This document shows positions 56,789-64,000 of a stretch of 64,000 bases of DNA, in pieces (position 1 is the stretch's first letter; every line of letters begins with the position of its first letter). A model generated the notes under the pieces. The model saw only the letters and a list, made by a program, of their open reading frames with translations, made no database searches and was not told the DNA's origin. The translations under genes and the position numbers were made by a program. The DNA lies in the NCBI GenBank assembly GCA_045576815.1, contig JAZNHD010000055.1, positions 14,868 through 78,867 on the forward strand. The letters run 5' to 3'. Source of the stretch: Eubacteriales bacterium (GTDB taxonomy: Bacteria; Bacillota; Clostridia; Oscillospirales; CAG-272).

Positions 56789-58672
56789 TCAGGACTTTTT
56801 AGCGGAAAGATATATTAAAAGAACACTGATATCCGCAGGATTCACTCCGCTTATCCTCGCCGCCTGACCGAGATTTCTCGGTCTTATCCTGTCGAGCTTT
56901 TCGGCAGATTCAAGTCTTAATCCCGTAATTTTCTTGTAATCTATGTCCTCGGGCAGCAGCTTTTCCTCAAGTCTTTTTGCCCTTGCGGCCTCGGCAAGCT
57001 CGCGCTTAACGTAGCCGGCATATTTAACCTCTATCTCAGCAGCACGAGCCTCGGCGCGCGAGAGAGCAGGACGCGACCGATCTATCACAGATAGCGCGTC
57101 GTATGAAAGCTCAGGGCGGCGCAAAAGCTCCGCAAGTCTTACGCCCGTTGATATCGGCGTTGAAGCGCAGGACAAGAGCAGATTGTTTGTCTCGGCGCTT
57201 GGCGGAACGTTGGTTTCCTCAAGTCTTTTTATCTCAGCGTCCACTCTCGACTTTTTCTCTAAATACGCGTTATATCTTTCCTCGCCAATAAGGCCAACCT
57301 TATGACCTATTTCAGTCAAGCGCATATCAGCGTTATCCTGACGAAGAAGAAGTCTGTATTCCGAGCGCGAGGTCATCATTCTATACGGCTCGCGTGCACC
57401 TTTTGTGATGAGGTCGTCTATAAGCGTGCCGATGTAAGAGGAATCTCGCGAAAGCACCATAGGCTCTCGAGAGGTCTCGGCAAGTGCAGCATTAATTCCC
57501 GCAACGAGTCCTTGCGCTGCCGCCTCCTCATAGCCGGACGTGCCGTTAAACTGCCCCGCGCCGTAAAGACCATGTACAGCCTTGAATTCAAGCGTCGGAA
57601 AAAGCTGTGTCGGCTCAGCAACGTCATATTCTATAGCGTAGGCATAGCGCATTATCTCCGCTCTCTCAAAGCCATCGAGTGAACGCAGCATCTCATACTG
57701 CACATCGGTGGGCATAGAGGTGGAAAAGCCCTGAATGTACATCTCGTCGGTATCGAGTCCGCACGGCTCAACGAAGAGCTGATGACGCGGCTTGTCAGCA
57801 AATCTCACGAGCTTTGTCTCAATTGACGGACAGTAGCGCGGTCCGGGACCGGTGATATTTCCCGAATACATAGCCGAGCGAGAGAGATTTTCGTTTATTA
57901 CCCTATGAGTTTTTTCGTTTGTGTAAACCACGTGGCATAGCGCCTTGTTTACCTCGTCGCCGTAAGAGCCGGTACGCGAGGAATACGGCATGGGAGAGTC
58001 CTCACCGGCCTGAACCTCAAGCCTATCAAGGTCAATAGAACGGCGGTGTACGCGGGCAGGCGTGCCCGTCTTAAAGCGAAGCAGCTCTATCCCAAGCCTC
58101 CGTAGCGAGTCGGAGAGCCCCTTTGCCGGCAGCATTCCGTCAGGGCCCGAATCAAAAACTCCGTCACCAACAAAAACGCGGGAATCAAGATACGTACCCG
58201 TTGCAATTATAACACGGCTCGCCTGCCAGACTTCGCCAAGATGGGTTTTAACCCCCCGCACTCTATATGCGCCATCTTCGAGCCTTTCTGTAATAAGCTC
58301 AATGATTTCAGCCTGAACAAGTCTTAAATTCGGCTCGTCCTCTAGCGTCTTTTTCATTATTTTTTTATATTCGTTCCGGTCCGCCTGCACCCTTTTCGAG
58401 TGAACGGCAGCACCCTTGCCGAGATTAAGCGTCCTCGACTGAATAGTGGCCTTATCGGCAGCATAGCCCATCTCGCCGCCGAGCGCGTCAATCTCGAAAA
58501 CGAGGTGTCCCTTTGCGCTACCGCCTATTGAGGGATTGCAAGGCAGATTTGCCACCGCATCAAGATTTATTGTAAAAAGAACTGTATCAAGTCCCATTCT
58601 CGCCGAAGCAAGCGCCGCCTCAATACCCGCGTGCCCTGCTCCGATTACAACAATTTTAGTAGAAAGCTCCAT
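56789..58672 (-). CDS. mnmG: tRNA uridine 5-carboxymethylaminomethyl modification enzyme
   Basis: 627 aa from ATG 58672 with the FAD motif VVIGAGHAGIEAALASARMG. GidA-family throughout. Confidence 0.9.
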   Translation of the reverse strand: MELSTKIVVIGAGHAGIEAALASARMGLDTVLFTINLDAVANLPCNPSIGGSAKGHLVFEIDALGGEMGYAADKATIQSRTLNLGKGAAVHSKRVQADRNEYKKIMKKTLEDEPNLRLVQAEIIELITERLEDGAYRVRGVKTHLGEVWQASRVIIATGTYLDSRVFVGDGVFDSGPDGMLPAKGLSDSLRRLGIELLRFKTGTPARVHRRSIDLDRLEVQAGEDSPMPYSSRTGSYGDEVNKALCHVVYTNEKTHRVINENLSRSAMYSGNITGPGPRYCPSIETKLVRFADKPRHQLFVEPCGLDTDEMYIQGFSTSMPTDVQYEMLRSLDGFERAEIMRYAYAIEYDVAEPTQLFPTLEFKAVHGLYGAGQFNGTSGYEEAAAQGLVAGINAALAETSREPMVLSRDSSYIGTLIDDLITKGAREPYRMMTSRSEYRLLLRQDNADMRLTEIGHKVGLIGEERYNAYLEKKSRVDAEIKRLEETNVPPSAETNNLLLSCASTPISTGVRLAELLRRPELSYDALSVIDRSRPALSRAEARAAEIEVKYAGYVKRELAEAARAKRLEEKLLPEDIDYKKITGLRLESAEKLDRIRPRNLGQAARISGVNPADISVLLIYLSAKKS

Positions 58673-58726
58673 AAAAAACCTCGTTCCGTAACCCGAAGAC
58701 AACCGCATAAAGCGCTAACCTATTTG

Positions 58727-59500
58727 TTAAAAACTCACGGGCGTTACCGCGACAACCTTGCCAAGAGCAGTATCAAAATCAAATATAACTCCGTTTGCAA
58801 CGCACGGCCCTGCCGCCGGAATAAACTTATGCGGCAGGTGGCTCGTCATACGTTTAACGACCGTGTCCTTGTCCATGCCGAGTATACCGCCTGACTCACC
58901 GCACATACCAACGTCGGTAATATACCCCGACCCGTGTGGCAAAATCCCGGCATCCGCAGTCTGTACGTGGGTGTGCGTTCCGAAAATAACATTTATTTTT
59001 CCGTCAAAGGCGTGCCCCACCGCCAGCTTCTCTCCGGTCGCCTCGGCGTGAATATCAAGCACCGACACATCGTAGCATCCCTCCTCGCGTCGAAGCACAG
59101 CCTCAATGTAAGAAAAGGGAGAGTCAAGCGTCGGCTCTATATGCACGTTGCCCATAGCGTTTATGACGAGCACTCTATAACCCGCCGCCTCAACCACCGT
59201 ATATCCGCGTCCCGGTGCGCCGTCGCCGAAATTAATAGGACGTATTATCTCGAGACACTCGTCAAGAAAGGTGTAAGCCGCCTTGTTGCGAAGCGTGTGA
59301 TTGCCGCCCGTAATTACGTCAGCACCGCCATATAGAAGGCGCTCGGCGAGCTCCGGTGATATGCCCGTGACAAACGAAGCGTTTTCGCCGTTTACAACGC
59401 AAAGGTCTATTCGGTTTTTCTCTCTGAAGCGCCAAAGCGCGCCTGCAAGATGCTCCACTCCGGCGGGACTCGTTACGTCACCAATAGCAAGAATTCTCAT
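58727..59500 (-). CDS. ymdB: YmdB-family metallophosphoesterase (2',3'-cyclic-nucleotide phosphodiesterase)
   Basis: Starts MRILAIGDVTSPAGV, with ...VVNGENA... and ...GGNHT... motifs. The position downstream of rny is conserved, as in Bacillus. Confidence 0.85.
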   Translation of the reverse strand: MRILAIGDVTSPAGVEHLAGALWRFREKNRIDLCVVNGENASFVTGISPELAERLLYGGADVITGGNHTLRNKAAYTFLDECLEIIRPINFGDGAPGRGYTVVEAAGYRVLVINAMGNVHIEPTLDSPFSYIEAVLRREEGCYDVSVLDIHAEATGEKLAVGHAFDGKINVIFGTHTHVQTADAGILPHGSGYITDVGMCGESGGILGMDKDTVVKRMTSHLPHKFIPAAGPCVANGVIFDFDTALGKVVAVTPVSF

Positions 59501-59545
59501 TTCATTTTTTCCTGTTCTATGCCGCACGGGGCGGCTTTATTAACC

Positions 59546-59575
59546 AAAAACGAGCGAAATGTCTTCGCTCGTTTT
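59546..59575 (-). terminator. Hairpin/U-tract between rny and ymdB (possible partial terminator)
   Basis: AAAAACGAGCGAA-ATGTC-TTCGCTCGTTTT. On the minus strand it is followed by UUUUUGG. Confidence 0.5.
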
Positions 59576-59602
59576 CTGCCCGTCAGACGAGCATATTCAG
59601 TC

Positions 59603-61144
59603 TTACTTTGCGTACTCTACAGTACGGCTCTCTCTGATAACGCTAACCTTGATTTGTCCTGGATAATCAAGCTCGTTTTCAATCTTCTTCGCGATATCTC
59701 TCGCAAGAAGCTTCATTTTATCGTCATTTACCGCCTCGGGCTTGACCATAATTCGAACCTCACGGCCCGCCTGGATTGCAAAAGTCTTATCTACGCCGTC
59801 AAACGCACCCGCAACCTCCTCGAGCTTCTGAAGTCTCTTGATGTAGTCCTCAACGTCCTCGCGGCGAGCACCAGGTCTTGCAGCACTGATAGCGTCAGCC
59901 GCCTGAATTATGAAGTCGAGCGCTGTCATCGGGTCAACGTCGTTATGGTGTGCCTCGATAGCGTGAATTATATCCTTGTTCTCTCGGTACTTGGTAGCAA
60001 GGTCAACACCGAGCTGAACGTGCGAGCCGTCAACCTCTGCGGTCATAGCCTTTCCTATATCATGGAGAAGTCCGGCCCTGCGAGCCATGGTAGAGTCTAC
60101 ACCCATTTCCTCGGCAATAACGCCCGCAAGCATCGAAACCTCAATGGAGTGGCGCAGCGCATTCTGACCGTACGATGTACGGTACTTCATTCTGCCGAGC
60201 AGCTTAATAAGCTCGGGATGCAAACCGTGTACGCCGGTCTCAAAAATAGCACGCTCACCCGCCTGCTTAATAGCTCCGTCAACCTCTTTGCGAGCCTTCT
60301 CAACCATCTCCTCGATTCTTGCGGGATGGATACGTCCGTCGCTGACAAGCTTTTCAAGGGCTATGCGCGCAATCTCACGGCGCACGGGGTCAAAACCGGA
60401 CACGGTGATAACATCAGGCGTATCGTCAATGATAAGCTCAACACCGGTAAGATTTTCGATAGCGCGGATATTACGTCCCTCGCGACCTATAATTCTGCCC
60501 TTCATCTCGTCGCCGGGTATTTCAACGACGGATATGGCAATCTCGCTTACGTGCTCTGCGGCAAAGCGCTGGATTGCAAGGGAGAGAATTTCCTTTGCCT
60601 TTGCGTCTGCCTCATCCTTGAATCTCTCCTCATACTCGGAGATTTTCAGTGCGGTCTCGTGCTGCATCTCGACATCGAGCTTCGCAACAAGCTCTGCCTT
60701 TGCATCCTCGCGAGAAAGTCCCGCAATCTTCTCAAGCATGGCAATCTGACCTTCAAGGGTCCTCTGAATTTCACCCTTAATTCTCTCTGCCTCAGCATTC
60801 TTTTCCGCAAGCTGTGTTTCTTTTCTTTCAATGCCCTCAATCTTTGCGTCGAGAGACTCCTCCTTCTGCGCTATTCTGCGCTCAAGGCGGGATACCTCCT
60901 TACGGCGCTCCTTGAGGTCGAAATCCGTTTCCTTTTTAAGCTGGAATATTTCCTCCTTTGCCGCAATAATAGATTCCTTTTTTGCGCTTTCCGCATTCTT
61001 TATAGCGTCCTCTAGAATCTTTCTCGCCTGCTCCTCTGCGGAGCCAAGCTTCTTTTCGGCAAGGATTTTGCGAATTATAAAGCCTATCGCAAAGCCTACT
61101 GCTACGCCCGCGACAATTCCTACAATTAAAGAAATAGGATCCAA
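59603..61144 (-). CDS. rny: Ribonuclease Y
   Basis: 513 aa with an N-terminal TM helix, a coiled coil, a KH domain ([12 protein letters not shown]) and an HD domain (LLHDIGKA). TTG start with an AGGAGGTG RBS. Confidence 0.95.
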   Translation of the reverse strand: MDPISLIVGIVAGVAVGFAIGFIIRKILAEKKLGSAEEQARKILEDAIKNAESAKKESIIAAKEEIFQLKKETDFDLKERRKEVSRLERRIAQKEESLDAKIEGIERKETQLAEKNAEAERIKGEIQRTLEGQIAMLEKIAGLSREDAKAELVAKLDVEMQHETALKISEYEERFKDEADAKAKEILSLAIQRFAAEHVSEIAISVVEIPGDEMKGRIIGREGRNIRAIENLTGVELIIDDTPDVITVSGFDPVRREIARIALEKLVSDGRIHPARIEEMVEKARKEVDGAIKQAGERAIFETGVHGLHPELIKLLGRMKYRTSYGQNALRHSIEVSMLAGVIAEEMGVDSTMARRAGLLHDIGKAMTAEVDGSHVQLGVDLATKYRENKDIIHAIEAHHNDVDPMTALDFIIQAADAISAARPGARREDVEDYIKRLQKLEEVAGAFDGVDKTFAIQAGREVRIMVKPEAVNDDKMKLLARDIAKKIENELDYPGQIKVSVIRESRTVEYAK

Positions 61145-61249
61145 GCTACACCTCCTTCTGATTACTTTTATCGTAATCTACGTCAAAAATTAAAAATTAT
61201 AGTGACCGCCGTCAGAGCTACCCCGCGCCGACGGCAACCATACGAGTAT

Positions 61250-61278
61250 ATTATATAATATTTTATGCGCAAAGTCAA
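61250..61278 (-). promoter_or_regulatory. Putative sigma-A promoter of rny
   Basis: Minus strand reads TTGACT (61278-61273), 17 nt, TATAAT (61255-61250). This leaves a ~100-nt 5' UTR. Confidence 0.55.
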
Positions 61279-61553
61279 GTAATTTTTTATAATATCGCCT
61301 CTGCGCGAGGCTAAAAGAGGCGTTTTTCTCTGGGCAAAAACCATTTTTCGCGACACGCCCCCATGCTAACCAGGAGTTTTGTAAACCATTGTTTGCTTTT
61401 TAACACAGTCGGCACAAGAGTGAAACCCTACAATATTAAACAATCCGCGCGCGAAGAGCACACGCCTCAGATTATCCTAATAGCATTTTAGCACTTTATA
61501 GACGAGATAATCAATTGTTAACAAAAAATTCATAAAAATTATCAGCAAAACCC

Positions 61554-61582
61554 TTGACACAATCGGCAAAAAGGGTTATATT
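61554..61582 (+). promoter_or_regulatory. Putative sigma-A promoter of the hrcA-grpE-dnaK operon
   Basis: TTGACA (61554-61559), 17 nt, TATATT (61577-61582). Confidence 0.6.
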
Positions 61583-61595
61583 ATATATACACCGA

Positions 61596-61622
61596 TTAGC
61601 ACTCTCGATATGTAAGTGCTAA
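61596..61622 (+). promoter_or_regulatory. CIRCE operator (HrcA binding site)
   Basis: TTAGCACTC-N9-AAGTGCTAA, one mismatch to the consensus TTAGCACTC-N9-GAGTGCTAA. It lies just downstream of the -10 box. Confidence 0.9.
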
Positions 61623-61647
61623 AATTCGACGAAAAGAGGTGCCTCGC

Positions 61648-62721
61648 TTGGACGATTCAAGGCTTACTCCGCGAAAAATGCAGATTTTAAAGGCCATAGT
61701 TGACGCTCATATAAACAACGGCGAGCCGGTCGGCTCCAAGTATCTCTCTCAGGACGTCAGAATCTCCTGCTCCTCGGCAACCATAAGGAATGAGATGGCA
61801 GAGCTTGAGGAAATGGGTTATCTCGTCCAGCCTCATACATCTGCCGGCAGAGTTCCATCGGAGCTTGGCTACCGCTACTACGTTGATGCTCTCGTGCATC
61901 AATACAGCACAACGAAGTCAGAGATTGACGAAATTAACGAAATGCTCCGTTATAAGCTCACTGAGATGGACGAAATTCTCTCCGAGGCCTCACGTCTTGC
62001 AGCCTCATTCACCGATTATACCGGCATCGCATTTAAGTCGGGGCTCGGAAAGGTGAGAATTGTTCAATATAAGAGCGTGCTTCTCTCTAACCGAGATTTT
62101 CTTCTCGTTATGACATTCGAGGGCGACATCGTAAAAACGAAAACGATACACCTGTCCTTCTCTATCACTGAGGACATTCTAAAGAGGTTCACAGAAGCCG
62201 CGAATATATATCTTGTAAATCTCACAAGCGACGGCATCACGATGCCAATTATCGTTAAGCTCGAAGCCATAATGGGCTCGGCAGGCGCTATGGTACACCC
62301 GGCTATCAAGGTCGTTTATGAGACCATGAGCGAGCTTGACACAGCTGACGTTAAGCTAGAGGGCATAACAAAGCTATTGCAATATCCCGAATATTCCGAC
62401 GTGTCGGATTTCAGAAGCCTGCTCGGAGTCCTTGAGGAAAAGGATAAGCTCCTTGACGTAATTTCCTCGCGCACAACAAACGAGGACGGTATACACGTTT
62501 ACATCGGCACTGACAACGAGACCGACGGTATGAAAAATACGACACTTATCTTCAAAAATGTAAACGTCGGCGGCAAGCAGCTTGCGGTTGGCGTTATAGG
62601 TCCTAAGAGAATGAACTATTCCCGCGTAATAGATATGCTCAACAAGCTCGCGCACGGAATAGACCGAATGTTCTCTGAGGACGCTCTTCCTCCGGGACGG
62701 GACGGCTTTGACAACGAATAA
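61648..62721 (+). CDS. hrcA: Heat-inducible transcription repressor HrcA
   Basis: N-terminal ...RKMQILKAIVDAHINNGEPVGSKYL.... I preferred TTG 61648 (AAGAGGTG RBS 7 nt upstream). The track start at GTG 61639 overlaps the RBS. Confidence 0.9.
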   Translation: MDDSRLTPRKMQILKAIVDAHINNGEPVGSKYLSQDVRISCSSATIRNEMAELEEMGYLVQPHTSAGRVPSELGYRYYVDALVHQYSTTKSEIDEINEMLRYKLTEMDEILSEASRLAASFTDYTGIAFKSGLGKVRIVQYKSVLLSNRDFLLVMTFEGDIVKTKTIHLSFSITEDILKRFTEAANIYLVNLTSDGITMPIIVKLEAIMGSAGAMVHPAIKVVYETMSELDTADVKLEGITKLLQYPEYSDVSDFRSLLGVLEEKDKLLDVISSRTTNEDGIHVYIGTDNETDGMKNTTLIFKNVNVGGKQLAVGVIGPKRMNYSRVIDMLNKLAHGIDRMFSEDALPPGRDGFDNE

Positions 62722-62776
62722 CTCCTTTATACCGAGGAATATTAATTAAGGTAGATTTGACGGATTGGAGAACTGC

Positions 62777-63313
62777 ATGGAAGAAAACAACATTAACACT
62801 CCCGAGGAGTGTGCGGCAGAAGAAACCGCAGAAAAGAAAGAAAAAAAGGAAAAGAAGCCTGATAAAAAGGAGCTTCTCTCCGAGATTGAAGCCTTGAAGG
62901 CCGAAATCAAGGAAAAGGACGATAAATATCTTCGTATGGCGGCGGAGTACGACAACTTCAGACGCCGCTCCCGCGAGGAAAAGGACGCAATTTACGAAAA
63001 TTCGCTCGGTGACACGGTGACCGCCCTTCTCCCCATAATAGATAACCTTGAGCGCGCCGCGCTTTATGACGACGGCGAAAAGGTAAAAGAGGGACTCGCT
63101 ATGACGGCAAAGGCAGCACAGGGGGCGCTTGAAGCGCTCGGTGTTGAAAGCTATGGGGAAGTCGGTGAAGCCTTTGACCCCAATCTTCACAACGCAGTCC
63201 TTCACGTCGAGGACGATACCCTCGGCGAGGGGGAAATAGTAGAGGTATTCCAGAAGGGATACAAAAAAGGAAAAAGAATCATACGCTTTGCAATGGTTAA
63301 AGTTGCAAACTAA
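62777..63313 (+). CDS. grpE: Nucleotide exchange factor GrpE
   Basis: ...YLRMAAEYDNFRRRSREE... and ...FDPNLHNAV... motifs are present. I preferred ATG 62777 (GGAG 6 nt upstream) over TTG 62765. Confidence 0.9.
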   Translation: MEENNINTPEECAAEETAEKKEKKEKKPDKKELLSEIEALKAEIKEKDDKYLRMAAEYDNFRRRSREEKDAIYENSLGDTVTALLPIIDNLERAALYDDGEKVKEGLAMTAKAAQGALEALGVESYGEVGEAFDPNLHNAVLHVEDDTLGEGEIVEVFQKGYKKGKRIIRFAMVKVAN

Positions 63314-63360
63314 TGTTTACAAAATATACAAATTAAGTTATTAAAATTTATTTTCTATAA

Positions 63361-64000
<640 letters not shown>

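Noticed and set aside
59450-61015. A 521-aa plus-strand ORF opposite rny. Similar long shadow ORFs occur at 35422-36465 (opposite icd), 44027-45139 and 45602-46387 (opposite ileS), 55053-55880 (opposite alaS) and 12508-13302 (opposite trpB).
   Set aside because: Each lies entirely antisense to a gene with unmistakable conserved motifs. Their translations are low-complexity (Leu/Arg/Ser/Val-rich), and they lack RBS or promoter signals. They are typical codon-bias shadow ORFs.
61487-61513. A second CIRCE-like sequence (TTAGCACTT...) about 110 nt upstream of the real CIRCE.
   Set aside because: Only the left half-site matches. The position 9 nt downstream (GATAATCAA) matches GAGTGCTAA at about 4 of 9 positions, so there is no inverted repeat.

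Overview
This 64-kb window looks like core chromosome from an endospore-forming member of the Clostridia. Supporting this are T-box leaders, a CIRCE/HrcA heat-shock operon, dpaAB, spoVM and a SpoVAF-like gene. The family cannot be assigned without a database search. Coding density is high and the content is almost entirely housekeeping. I saw no rRNA, tRNA, CRISPR array, IS element, integrase or phage-like genes. Left to right the window contains: an FtsX-type ABC permease (5'-truncated), malQ, and a pyrimidine operon (pyrC-carB-pyrK-pyrD-pyrF-pyrE-pyrB). Next come a PH-like hypothetical gene behind a structured leader, a T-box(Trp)-controlled orphan trpB, dpaBA, and a zinc-ribbon/Sel1-repeat protein. 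These are followed by two extracytoplasmic trigger-factor-like paralogs flanking rnhA, and a five-gene minus-strand operon (ABC ATPase, ABC-2 permease, two GldG-like proteins, one ~970-aa anchored protein). Then come trpS, a putative Re-citrate synthase/GntR/aconitase/isocitrate dehydrogenase cluster, an alpha/beta hydrolase coupled to an M16C peptidase, and a pyruvate formate-lyase locus. The remainder holds T-box(Ile)-ileS, birA, a SpoVAF/GerA-like gene, AEC and MATE transporters, pepT, alaS, spoVM (26 aa, missing from the ORF track), mnmG, ymdB-rny and hrcA-grpE-dnaK (3'-truncated). I did not find an obvious novel multi-gene system such as a defence island. The observations most worth follow-up are: (1) an unclassified riboswitch-like leader with its own terminator upstream of the PH-like gene; (2) a pyruvate formate-lyase split into a catalytic body and a separately translated GrcA-like glycyl-radical domain; (3) an ATCase catalytic chain fused only to the zinc domain of PyrI; (4) the uncharacterised ABC/GldG/large-anchored-protein operon next to the two foldase-like paralogs. 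All product calls rest on motif recognition by eye. No searches were run.
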